A stretch of 64,000 nucleotides of DNA from an uncultured candidate division Zixibacteria bacterium (GTDB lineage: Bacteria > Zixibacteria > MSB-5A5 > UBA10806 > 4484-95). This document shows positions 48,713-59,044 of this stretch, one piece after another. Each line of letters opens with the position of its first letter. The first letter of the stretch is position 1. The notes beneath the pieces were generated by a model. It did no database searches, was not told the DNA's origin, and saw only the letters and a program-made list of their open reading frames with translations. The stretch spans positions 608,001-672,000 of the forward strand of contig CAXXKA010000008.1 in the NCBI GenBank assembly GCA_963668625.2. Direction: 5' to 3'. Made by a program: the position numbers and the translations under genes.

Positions 48713-51700
48713 CTAAGATGGCCGTTTAATTCCCAATTTTTTCATACGGGCTTCCAGAGTGGTGGGTTTTATTTTCAATATCTGTGCCGCACCATCTTTG
48801 CCACTAACTTTCCAATTGGTTATTTTAAGAGTTTTCAGTATATGTTCTCGCTCCAATTCCTCCAGCGAGGAAATATGGCTGGGACTGACTTTAACGAAAG
48901 CCTTGGTTTCCCATTCCCCCAGGTCGAGTTGATTGCCTTTACTGATAATGACCGCTCTTTCGATAACGTTCTCCAACCCACGGACGTTACCCGGCCAATC
49001 GTACTCCTGAAGACGAGTCATAATATTTTTGGGAATTTTATCTATTTTCTTGCCGATTTTCTGGCAATACTTTTCGTTGAAATGTTTCACTAAAATAGGA
49101 ATATCATCGTGACGTTCCCGTAATGGTGGTACGAATATTGGGAAAACATTCAGCCGATGGTATAAATCCAGGCGGAATTTACCATCCTCAACCGCTTTAT
49201 CCAAATCCCTATTAGTCGCGGCAATCACTCTGACATCAACTTTAACCGTTTTTGTGCCTCCGAGACGTTCGAATTCCGATTCTTGCAATACTCTCAGAAG
49301 CTTGACCTGGAGATCAACCGGTATATCGCCTATCTCATCCAAGAATATCGTGCCACCATTGGCCAGATCAAATCGACCCTCACGGCGGGATACGGCGCCC
49401 GTGAAAGCTCCTTTTTCATATCCGAACAACTCGCTTTCTATAAGTGTGGCGGGCAAGGCAGCGCAGTTAACCTTAACCAAAGGCCGGTTGCGGCGATTAC
49501 TCAAATTATGTATTGCCCTCGCGAACAACTCTTTACCTGTGCCCGTTTCGCCTAATATAAATACCGTGCTGTCGGTACCGGCAACCTGTTCCACTTTATG
49601 AAGAGCCTTTTGTAAACTCTTACTACTACCGATGATTTCGTGGAAATTATGCTCTAATTCTATTTCTTTTTGAAGGTATATATTTTCCTGTTCGAGCCTG
49701 TTTTTCAACGCCTCGATTTCGGCATAAGCGTTTTTAAGCTCTTCTTCATCTCTTTTACGCTGGGTGATATCAAGGGCGGCGAATGTCACTCCGCCAAGTA
49801 AATCACGGGTATCGACAGGCGCCACGCATAAAAGGATATCGATTATATCTCCGTTTTTACATCGCCATTTGGTTTCAACCGTTCCGATACCTTTCTTATC
49901 CAACTGCTTTTCTTGCTTTTCGCCAACCCACTCGTATTCATAATGGCTCGGATACAAAAATTCGGTATTCTTGCCTACCATTTCCTCGTTCGCATAACCG
50001 GTCATCTCACATAAAAATTCATTAGCGCTTAATATCTGACGGTTGGAAACAAGGCCGATACCTATCGGAGCCGCTCGGAAAATACTCTCTATACGGGCTT
50101 TGCTTCGCTGAATTTCTTCCTCTGCTTTCTTTCTGCGGGTGAGATCCGAACATATACCGGCATACATAGTAACTTTGCCGCCATCGTCTTTAATCGGGAA
50201 CCCTCTTTCATGTATCCAGCGTACGTTACCATCCGGCTGCACTACTCGGTATTCATGAGAGTACGAGTTGCCCTCCTCCATTTGCGCACTGACAAATATA
50301 AGCGTTCTTTCCCTGTCATCGGGGTGAATAGCCTCAATCCATTCATTGGGGGATTTTTCCAAATTTAAGCGAGGGCGTCCCCATATATTATCATATTCAG
50401 GACTGATATAAATTATATCTTTTGTATCGACCGACTCCAGCCAAAACACATCCCTGATTGTCTCGGCAACTAGTCTGAATCTCTCCTCGCTTTCCCTGGT
50501 CTGCTTTTCCGCCTTCTTCCTGTCGGTAACATCACTTATAATAGCAATAATACTTTCTACTTCTCCATTATCGTTCAGGAGAGGTGTGGCATTTATGGAT
50601 AAATACATCAGTTTGCCGTCGCCATGTTGAATACAGTGTTCGATATCGAATACAGTTTCTTTGGTACGCAATACTTTATTAAACGGCAAATCCTCCTCCG
50701 GGAAAGGATTGCCTTCGCAATCGGTAATTCGCCATTCCGGTGAATTGTACTTCAATTTCATTACTTTATCGCGTTCCAGCCCGAGAATATATTCAGCCAT
50801 CTCGTTAGCGAATATTATTTCGCCTCCGGTATTCATGGTAACTATACCAATGGGGCTGGTTTCGTTCAGGCGGGAGACGAAGTCTTTTTCTGCCTTGAGA
50901 GCATCCTCGGCTTTTCTGCGTTCGGTTATATCCTCTCCCGAGCTTAAAGTGCCGGTAATTTTACCGTTCTGATCTTTAAGGTAAGTGTTATGCCAGGCAA
51001 CGAGTCTCTGATCATTATCTTTAGTCTTAACATGATTTTCAAAATACGCGTAAGCCTCGATCCGACCCTCCATGATATCCTCAAATACCGACTTAACCTG
51101 TTCTATTTGCTCTTCGGGAATAACCGTATCGAACCAGTTTGTCCCCATCAATTCTTCCTCGGTATAACCCAGAAGGCTACAGCCTTTTTTATTGATCAGG
51201 TTAATAATACCATCGGAGGATATAGCGACCAGCACCGTTTCTGCGATATCGAGATATTGTTGAGCCTTATCTCTTTCGGCCTTTATCCTGCGTTCGGCGG
51301 TCTTAACTTTGGTAATATCCTCGAAAGATACCGCCAGCTTGTCTCCGGGAATACGAAATGCCCTTACCCGGTAATATCCCGCAATCCGATCATCCCGATA
51401 GTACCCGTCCTCGATTTCAAGCATCTTGCCTGTTCGAGCGGCATCCATGTATATATCGGTTAAACCTTCCTCGCGGGCGTTTATCCATACCTCATCGAAC
51501 TCTTTACCTGCCATTTTCTCGATATCGATACCGGTCAAACGTATAGCCTCCGGATTGGCGCTTCGTAAAATAAGTTTATCCGGAGCCTGATATTCGTAGA
51601 TGAAGAAACCGATTTGAATCTTACGGATCATATCGGCGGAAGTCTGGTAGCTAGTCAGGAGATCGATCTCGGCCTGTTTGCGTTCAGTTATATCCTGCAC

Positions 51701-54700
51701 GACTCCGTATTGAGCAACAACCTCACCGGCCTCATTGCTCGCAGGATAAACCTCGGCATTAAGATATCTTACCTCACCGTCTTTGCGAATAATCCGGTAT
51801 TCCCGCTTAAAATGTGTATTTTCCTTTTGCACGTTTCGGTCGATTTCTAAAAACTTTTCTCTATCGTCGGGGTGGATTGCAGACATGAAAAACTTCATGT
51901 CAGGTTCTATCTCGCCAGGCTCATATCCGAGTATTTTATATGCCTCATCCGACCATTTTAGAATACCGGTAGATAAATCACGATAGAAACTTCCGACATG
52001 CGCTATTTTCTGAGACTGGGCAAGCATCTCGCGATTTTCAATCAAGGCAAGTTCAGCAAGTTTACGTTCGGTGATATCCATAATCGTGCCAATTAAGGTC
52101 ATCGGTTTACCACTACTATCCAACCTTGGCATTCCTCGTCCCCAAACATACCTGATTTCACCATCGGGCATTACTATTCTATGCTCAAAATCAACAGTTT
52201 CACCTTTTACTAATTTTTCTCTGATTTCATCCATGTAAGCGATATCATTCGGATGAACATGATCCCTCAGAGTATCTTTGTCAAAGGCTGGATCTCCCGG
52301 CTCGAATCCATATATCAGGTATAATTCATCCGTGCCAATTATTTCACCGGTTATGACATCTATCTCCCAACTTCCCAGATGGGCTAGTTTCTGGGCATTG
52401 TCAAGCGCCTGGCGGCTCTGGCGAAGTTCTTGTTCGGCAAGTTTGCGTTCGGTGATATCCATGACCACGCCGATTAGCCGTTTGGCTTTGCCATTCTTAT
52501 CGCGTTCGGCATCCCCATATACTGCTACCCAATGAATCGATTTATCCGGCCAGATAACTCTCATTTCTATGTTGTGTTCTTTACCATCCTCGACACTGGC
52601 CCTTACGTTTTCTTGCCAATATTCGAGATCATCCGGGTGTATACTGCCGGCAACCTCTTCAAGAGTGCCTTTAAATCCTTCAGATTTCAATCCCCAGGTT
52701 TCTAAAACCTCATCAGACCAGAATATCGTGTTTTCTTCTATATTCCACTCCCAGGTACCTATACCGGACACCTGCTGCGCCAGTCGATACCGTTCTTCGC
52801 TTTCGCGCACGGCTTCCTCGGCCTCATGAAGTCCGGTTAGATCGTTAACCAGGGAATAAAATCCCTCTAGCTCGCCTTTTTCATTCTTTGCCGGAATATA
52901 ATCCACGCTGACATGTTTGATTTCGCCCGAGGGTAAATTTACCATATCGTAAAAATGAACAGTCTGTCCCGAGAGTGCCTTCTGTTGTTGTTCCCTCATA
53001 CTATCGGGAATAAATTCTCCAATAATCTCCTCGACTGTTTTACCGAGAATCTCCTCTTTAGTCTTATTGAACCATTTACTATAAGATGCATTACAAAATT
53101 GATAACGACCGTTCTTATCAATAAAGGTAATCAATGACGGTAAATTATCGGTAATCTCTTTAATAAGCCTCTCACTCGCGTCCAGTGATTTCTCGGCGAG
53201 CTTAACATCCGATATATCGATTTGAATGCCCTCAAGCATCTCCAGTTCGCCGTTTTCATCGAATATTCCCTGGCCTTTTTCCCAAATCCATTTTATCTCG
53301 TCATCAATCGTCATGATCTGGTATACCAGTTCGAACGATTCTTTCTTTTGGATGGCTTTTTGAACGTTATCCCATACCTGGCCTCTATGTTCCGGCAATA
53401 TCAAGTCGTTCAATTGAACTCGACCTTCAATGAAGTCCTGCGGTGGAATTCCCGTTAAATCTTTTATACCCTCACTATAGAAAATCATGGTCCAATTTCT
53501 ATCGTTCAGGCATTGGTATACCGCCCCCGGTAAGTCGTACATCAATCTCGAAAGCTGTTCCTGGCTTTTCCGTATACGTTTCTCTTGCTCGTATTTCTCG
53601 GTCACGTCCCTGAACACCATCACAACACCGACTATATTATCAAAGCTATCTTTAATTGGCGCGCCGCTATCGGCAATCTGATATTCGGAGCCATCTTTTG
53701 CAACCAGGATGGTATCGTTGGCCAACCCGATTATCTTCCCGCTCTCCATCACTTTTTCGACTGGGTTCTGGCAGGGTTCTCCTGTTTTACCGTTACATAT
53801 ATTGAAAACTTCATTCAACGGATTGCCTACCGCCTCATTAATATCCCAGCCGGTTAAGCTTTCGGCTACAGGGTTCATCCTTATTATTAAGCCGTTGATA
53901 TCCGTGCTGATGACGGCATCTCCGATGGAGTCCAGTGTAATACGAAGGTTTTCCTCATTTTCCAGCAGTTGTTGCTCGGCCGCTTTTCTCTGTGTTATAT
54001 CCTGTACAGTGCCCCTTATTGATACTAGCGCACCACTGTTATCATATACTCCCTGGAATGTGGATGAGTAATAACCGATGCTGCCATCGGGGCGCAGGAA
54101 CCTTTGCTCATAGGACCCCTGGTTTTTACTTTCAATGGCTTTCTGTATAAGTTCTTGATCTCTTTTGTTTTCTTCCGGCCATGGAGATAAAGAGAGAATC
54201 GAGTCAATCTGCGGGGTAAACTCATCCGGGTTAAGCTGGAAAATTTTAAATACTTCCTCCGACCATTGAACATCACCGGATTTGACATCCCAGTACCAAT
54301 AACCGAGATTTGCCATTTGCTGGGCTTCACGCAATTTAGCTTCGTTCGTACGTAAGGCCTCGTTTACTATTTTTCTTTCGGCTATCTCCCAGGCCAGATT
54401 GGCCAAAAGCGATACGGCCTCCACATCCTGCTTGATATAATTAACCGGCTTGTTGCCGATACCGAGAATGGCTTTGATTTTATCGCCTCGGATTACCGGC
54501 ACAACCAACTCGCGTATCACTTCGGCATGTCCCTCCGGCATGCCTTTGCGATGCGGCAATGAGGCGTAATCGTTATGGATCACCGGTTTCAGTTCTCTAA
54601 CACAGTCCACCCATACACCGGCTTCACTGATATCGTAGTGTAATCCCTTACCCTCGGCCGTGCAAAATTCCGTTTTTGTTCTGGTAGACCAATCCTGAAG

Positions 54701-57403
54701 ACTGAGTGTAACCTGATCCTCCTCGACAAAATGATAAAAGCCGACACGGCTATCGGTGAGTTTTTCAGCTTCGTTTAAAGTCTCCTCGAGCAATTCCGGT
54801 AGTGTATGCATCTCGGCGAATTGCAGGAGATGCAACCTGGAGGAGTTAACGGCCGAATTACGTTTTCGCTCGGTTATATCGCGAAGAGTCGATCTGCTGA
54901 AAAGTATAGTATCATCTTCGTCACGCACTGAGGATACGTTCAGGCTGACATCCAGAACCGAGCCGTCTTTTTTCAGAAGCTTCAGTTCTTTATCGATGAT
55001 AGTACCGTTTTCCGTGAATTCATTGAAAGCCTTCTCCACCTCACCAAGGCAGTCGGGATGATAAAAATCGAATACCGGCCGGCCGATTATTTCCGCTTTG
55101 GTATGGCCTAATGTATTTGCGAGCGTGCTATTACAACCCTCGATTAAAGAGGTCCTGGCGTTTACCGTTACATACATGTCTGGTGCATTCTCGTAAAGGT
55201 CTATATACTTCGCCTCCGATTTCCTTAAAGCCCTCTCTGCGTTTTTGCGTTCGGTTATATCCCGGCATACCCCCACCATCCTAACCGCTATGCCATCCTG
55301 CGACCTGGTTATCGCGCCGTTCAAGAGTACCCAACGCGTCTCGCTATTGGGCAACAATATGCGATGTTCAATGAGATAGGTATTTCCCCAGCCGGGTGAT
55401 TCGATAGCCTCCTGTATATGTTTTTGGACCCAGTCTGTATCAGCCGGGTGAATAGCGTCACGGTACGTTTCATACCGACCATCAAAAGTACCCGGTTCCA
55501 GGCCGAATATCTCCTCTATGCGCATATCCAAGACTACATCACCCGTAATAATATTCCATTCCCATACGCCGGATTTTGATCCCTCGAGGGCAAGTTTCAA
55601 CCGGAGTTGAGATTGATTCTTTTCGGTAATATCCCGGCAGGCGCCAATCCATTTCACAATCTTACCGTCTGATTCGATTTGAGGGAGGCCATAGGTTGCC
55701 AGCATACGCCAGCTACCGTTTTTGTGCAATATCCGATACTCATGCTCGATCGCGGCAGTTACGCGCACGCTATTACCGGTTGCTCTTTCCAGAGCCTCCC
55801 GATCAGCCGGATGCATCAGTTTTCGCCACTTATCTATGGTATCCGGAATCTCATCTATTTCATATCCCAGTATATTCTCCAGGCCTCCGTACCAGGTCAG
55901 GGAATTTGTTTTAACGTTCCATTCGTAGATAACATCGGAAACCGCACGGGCGGCCAACCTGAACCGTTTCTCCGCTTGTACTCGCTCGGTGACATCTCTA
56001 TCGATTCCCCGATAGCCGGTGACATCATTGTCGTCATTCAGGATCGGCTCGCCGCTGGATTCCAGGACCACCGGATATCCCGATTTATGAATGAATATAC
56101 TTTTATAATTCATGAAAGGTTTTTTAGCCGTCTTGAATTGATTGAAGTCAACTTTCACTTTTTCGGAATCAGTCGAGGGCATGAACTCGAATGGTGTTTT
56201 GCCGATAATTTCAACTGGCTCATACCCAAGCAAGTCTCTCACCCTCGGGCTGACATAAACGTACACGCCCTCGGAGTCGATTTCCCAGATAGTATCACTC
56301 GTATTTTCGACCAGCGAACGGAACCTCTCCTCCGATTGCATCAATAAATCCTCGGAGTGTTTCTGTTGAGCGATTACCTGTTCGAGTTCGACCGTATATT
56401 TTCTCAGGTTTTCGTGTAGCAGGGCGTTTTGAATACCAATCGATATATGGTTTGCTATGGTTTCCAAAAATATCGAGCGCTCCTTGAAATCGCGGGGAGT
56501 CGACGAGGCTATACCCAGAACACCGATAACATCGGCATCACGTTTTATGGGAATCGCAGCGAAAGATTTCAATCCTGTTCTCTTGCACTCATCCAAAGTG
56601 CATCGTTCGTCCCTGTCGATATCATACGAGTAGATGGTCCTGTCCTCGGAAACCGCCAGGCCGCACAGGCATTCGCCCACTTTATGAACAGGTGTGTTTT
56701 CATGCCGATATTTTTCATTATGTACGTATGAATTTCTCAGCACGAGGTTATGATCTTCTTTCATGAATATCATTATCAAATCGGGTAATAATATTTTATA
56801 AATTCTTCGTGTGGATTCCTGCAGCACTTGTTCCAGTGAAAGAGTCGAATTAACGCGGCGACTTATATCGTTGAGAGAGCTTATCTCATCCAGGCTGTTC
56901 CTCAAGGCTCTTTCGATTTTTTTACGTTCGGTGATATCGCGAAGTATTGCCAGTAAATAGTCCTCCGAGCCGTACCTCACCCGATTGAGATTCACCTCCA
57001 CATCGAATAATGTGCCATTCAGTTTCGTGTGCTGCCATTCGAATAGTATTGTTCCGGTATTGAAAGCTGTGTCGATTCTTTCCAGCGCTCCCTCTTCGGA
57101 GTTGCTACTGTCGAGTTGGTATTCCGGTGAAAACTCGGAGGGCTTTTTATTTATAAGCTGTTCCTTGGTGCAACCGAACATCTCCAGCGCTTTACCGTTG
57201 CAATCGATAAACCGATAATCATCTATGAGAATAATAGCGTCATTGGCCGCCTCGAGAAGTGTAACATAGAAGGCCGCCCTATCATCGGGAACACCCTCGG
57301 GATTAACCAGGCGGGCATTCGTTCGCTCGAGGGTTTTTAGCTGATCCTTCAGGATAGCTAACTCGAGTTCAAGCTTTTCTATCGTTTCCTTGGGGCCTCT
57401 CAT
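48713..57403 (-). CDS. Giant sigma54 enhancer-binding protein (about 17 PAS + 2 GAF + AAA+ + HTH), FhlA-like output
   Basis: 'GETGTGKE', 'ESELFGYEKGAFTGA', 'FLDEIG', 'WPGNVR', C-terminal HTH; repeated PAS/PAC 'D(I/V)T.RK' ends; GAGGTG RBS. Confidence 0.95.
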   Translation of the reverse strand: MRGPKETIEKLELELAILKDQLKTLERTNARLVNPEGVPDDRAAFYVTLLEAANDAIILIDDYRFIDCNGKALEMFGCTKEQLINKKPSEFSPEYQLDSSNSEEGALERIDTAFNTGTILFEWQHTKLNGTLFDVEVNLNRVRYGSEDYLLAILRDITERKKIERALRNSLDEISSLNDISRRVNSTLSLEQVLQESTRRIYKILLPDLIMIFMKEDHNLVLRNSYVHNEKYRHENTPVHKVGECLCGLAVSEDRTIYSYDIDRDERCTLDECKRTGLKSFAAIPIKRDADVIGVLGIASSTPRDFKERSIFLETIANHISIGIQNALLHENLRKYTVELEQVIAQQKHSEDLLMQSEERFRSLVENTSDTIWEIDSEGVYVYVSPRVRDLLGYEPVEIIGKTPFEFMPSTDSEKVKVDFNQFKTAKKPFMNYKSIFIHKSGYPVVLESSGEPILNDDNDVTGYRGIDRDVTERVQAEKRFRLAARAVSDVIYEWNVKTNSLTWYGGLENILGYEIDEIPDTIDKWRKLMHPADREALERATGNSVRVTAAIEHEYRILHKNGSWRMLATYGLPQIESDGKIVKWIGACRDITEKNQSQLRLKLALEGSKSGVWEWNIITGDVVLDMRIEEIFGLEPGTFDGRYETYRDAIHPADTDWVQKHIQEAIESPGWGNTYLIEHRILLPNSETRWVLLNGAITRSQDGIAVRMVGVCRDITERKNAERALRKSEAKYIDLYENAPDMYVTVNARTSLIEGCNSTLANTLGHTKAEIIGRPVFDFYHPDCLGEVEKAFNEFTENGTIIDKELKLLKKDGSVLDVSLNVSSVRDEDDTILFSRSTLRDITERKRNSAVNSSRLHLLQFAEMHTLPELLEETLNEAEKLTDSRVGFYHFVEEDQVTLSLQDWSTRTKTEFCTAEGKGLHYDISEAGVWVDCVRELKPVIHNDYASLPHRKGMPEGHAEVIRELVVPVIRGDKIKAILGIGNKPVNYIKQDVEAVSLLANLAWEIAERKIVNEALRTNEAKLREAQQMANLGYWYWDVKSGDVQWSEEVFKIFQLNPDEFTPQIDSILSLSPWPEENKRDQELIQKAIESKNQGSYEQRFLRPDGSIGYYSSTFQGVYDNSGALVSIRGTVQDITQRKAAEQQLLENEENLRITLDSIGDAVISTDINGLIIRMNPVAESLTGWDINEAVGNPLNEVFNICNGKTGEPCQNPVEKVMESGKIIGLANDTILVAKDGSEYQIADSGAPIKDSFDNIVGVVMVFRDVTEKYEQEKRIRKSQEQLSRLMYDLPGAVYQCLNDRNWTMIFYSEGIKDLTGIPPQDFIEGRVQLNDLILPEHRGQVWDNVQKAIQKKESFELVYQIMTIDDEIKWIWEKGQGIFDENGELEMLEGIQIDISDVKLAEKSLDASERLIKEITDNLPSLITFIDKNGRYQFCNASYSKWFNKTKEEILGKTVEEIIGEFIPDSMREQQQKALSGQTVHFYDMVNLPSGEIKHVSVDYIPAKNEKGELEGFYSLVNDLTGLHEAEEAVRESEERYRLAQQVSGIGTWEWNIEENTIFWSDEVLETWGLKSEGFKGTLEEVAGSIHPDDLEYWQENVRASVEDGKEHNIEMRVIWPDKSIHWVAVYGDAERDKNGKAKRLIGVVMDITERKLAEQELRQSRQALDNAQKLAHLGSWEIDVITGEIIGTDELYLIYGFEPGDPAFDKDTLRDHVHPNDIAYMDEIREKLVKGETVDFEHRIVMPDGEIRYVWGRGMPRLDSSGKPMTLIGTIMDITERKLAELALIENREMLAQSQKIAHVGSFYRDLSTGILKWSDEAYKILGYEPGEIEPDMKFFMSAIHPDDREKFLEIDRNVQKENTHFKREYRIIRKDGEVRYLNAEVYPASNEAGEVVAQYGVVQDITERKQAEIDLLTSYQTSADMIRKIQIGFFIYEYQAPDKLILRSANPEAIRLTGIDIEKMAGKEFDEVWINAREEGLTDIYMDAARTGKMLEIEDGYYRDDRIAGYYRVRAFRIPGDKLAVSFEDITKVKTAERRIKAERDKAQQYLDIAETVLVAISSDGIINLINKKGCSLLGYTEEELMGTNWFDTVIPEEQIEQVKSVFEDIMEGRIEAYAYFENHVKTKDNDQRLVAWHNTYLKDQNGKITGTLSSGEDITERRKAEDALKAEKDFVSRLNETSPIGIVTMNTGGEIIFANEMAEYILGLERDKVMKLKYNSPEWRITDCEGNPFPEEDLPFNKVLRTKETVFDIEHCIQHGDGKLMYLSINATPLLNDNGEVESIIAIISDVTDRKKAEKQTRESEERFRLVAETIRDVFWLESVDTKDIIYISPEYDNIWGRPRLNLEKSPNEWIEAIHPDDRERTLIFVSAQMEEGNSYSHEYRVVQPDGNVRWIHERGFPIKDDGGKVTMYAGICSDLTRRKKAEEEIQRSKARIESIFRAAPIGIGLVSNRQILSANEFLCEMTGYANEEMVGKNTEFLYPSHYEYEWVGEKQEKQLDKKGIGTVETKWRCKNGDIIDILLCVAPVDTRDLLGGVTFAALDITQRKRDEEELKNAYAEIEALKNRLEQENIYLQKEIELEHNFHEIIGSSKSLQKALHKVEQVAGTDSTVFILGETGTGKELFARAIHNLSNRRNRPLVKVNCAALPATLIESELFGYEKGAFTGAVSRREGRFDLANGGTIFLDEIGDIPVDLQVKLLRVLQESEFERLGGTKTVKVDVRVIAATNRDLDKAVEDGKFRLDLYHRLNVFPIFVPPLRERHDDIPILVKHFNEKYCQKIGKKIDKIPKNIMTRLQEYDWPGNVRGLENVIERAVIISKGNQLDLGEWETKAFVKVSPSHISSLEELEREHILKTLKITNWKVSGKDGAAQILKIKPTTLEARMKKLGIKRPS

Positions 57404-57587
57404 GTATGCACCTCTTCAATTTATTGAGCCAATTTTCCGATATTATCAGGAACGCATTTTCCCCCTGTCGACAAAATCTAAATAAATGACTAAATATAAA
57501 TACCTGGTATAAATGATAATTATAATATTAATTTCAAATCTCCTCAGTTCCCTTTAAAAGGCAAATATTTTGCCCCGACCTTTTTTA

Positions 57588-58892
57588 TTATTTAATCAAT
57601 ACCAGCGCCTTTCTCTCATTCCCGGATGATGAAATTAACTCGTAATAGTATACGCCGCTGGATAGTCCGGAAGCATTGAAAGCGATATAATGTACACCCG
57701 GTTGATAAAGGCCATCAGCGGCGGTCGCTATTTTTCTTCCCAGCGAATCGTATATCTCCATCCTGATATAATCTTTTTTCGGCAGGTCGAACCTGATAGT
57801 GGTTTCGACATTGAAAGGATTCGGGTAGTTTTGATATAAAACAACCCTATCGGGCAATGCACGATCGGTAAAGTCATCTATTGAGGTCTGCTCCAATTCG
57901 ATAATTTCAACCTGTTCGAGATCGTCTTGTCCCAATCCGAGTCTTACTGCTCTCTCAATTGTCGGCTCGATCCACTCGGGATCGAAAGTCTCATCATATT
58001 GGGAAAGCAATTGCGCGCAGTAACAATCGACCGCTATTATATCGCCCCCCAGGATAACTTTGCCGCAATCCCTGATCTCACCACCATGGCTTCTGAGCGG
58101 CCCGTTTATGGCCATCACCTGGCGAGCATCAACGATTGTCAACTCGGGATTAACCAATCCGGCCATTTCCGAAAGCGTGGTCAGAAATTCATACGAACGA
58201 TCATTGAAGTTATGAAGATACCCGCGGGTCTCCTGTCGGTTCGGGCCCGCTACCGCTCCCACATGATGTTTGATTGCGCATGTCATATAACCTGCGTAGT
58301 GACGCTTTAGCGCGCAGAGATTTATCAATACCGGAGTATCGTAAATATCCGACCAAACCTTGAAATCCGGCACTTCCGAATCCCAGCTATTCCGTCTGAC
58401 ATTATAGGTATCCTCGAATAAAAGCAGGTTAGCGCCGGCCCCGGTAACCGCCTCCTCGATTCCCAAATAATCGTAAATATATTGGTTATCGGAGCCCCCG
58501 GAATCCCCGACATTTATAACGCCCGAGGAAACAGCTCTCACGGCTTCAATCGTTGATACGACTGAGTCGACATCCGAAGTAGTAGGATATGCCTCGGGAT
58601 ATACGCAATTAGGTTTAATAAGTACACTCTGGTTACTATCAACGAGCCGATCCAATCCACCCAGCGCCGCCAATCCGGTTTGAAGCATACGTTGATAATT
58701 ATCACCTGAAACACAAACTACAATAGGACGGCCATCTGTTGTCACGTAGGGATTGGGTATACGTTGGCGGGGTTCCAGAGTGGCCGGAGAGGCATTCAAT
58801 AACTTGCTAAAAGGATAAAAAGAGAGAAAAGAGGCAGTACTACTTAAAAGCCTTTTAATGAATCGACGTCTATCAATTGTCGACTTAAGCAT
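57588..58892 (-). CDS. DUF362 domain protein with Tat signal and C-terminal sorting domain
   Basis: 'DRRRFIK'; 'VLIKPN', 'LKRH', 'TCAIKH..G', 'IVDA', 'DIIAVD'; 'QNYPNPFN...SGVYYY'. Confidence 0.82.
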   Translation of the reverse strand: MLKSTIDRRRFIKRLLSSTASFLSFYPFSKLLNASPATLEPRQRIPNPYVTTDGRPIVVCVSGDNYQRMLQTGLAALGGLDRLVDSNQSVLIKPNCVYPEAYPTTSDVDSVVSTIEAVRAVSSGVINVGDSGGSDNQYIYDYLGIEEAVTGAGANLLLFEDTYNVRRNSWDSEVPDFKVWSDIYDTPVLINLCALKRHYAGYMTCAIKHHVGAVAGPNRQETRGYLHNFNDRSYEFLTTLSEMAGLVNPELTIVDARQVMAINGPLRSHGGEIRDCGKVILGGDIIAVDCYCAQLLSQYDETFDPEWIEPTIERAVRLGLGQDDLEQVEIIELEQTSIDDFTDRALPDRVVLYQNYPNPFNVETTIRFDLPKKDYIRMEIYDSLGRKIATAADGLYQPGVHYIAFNASGLSSGVYYYELISSSGNERKALVLIK

Positions 58893-59044
58893 AGGATATC
58901 CTTTTTTCATTAACATACAACGGATATGTCTGATATTAGTATAACATGTTAAACAGGGAGTAGCAAGAATTTAATATAACATTGTCTTCGATATAAACCA
59001 GATTAACCTTGCAGAATATTAAATGAGTTTCTATTTTCCAAAAC

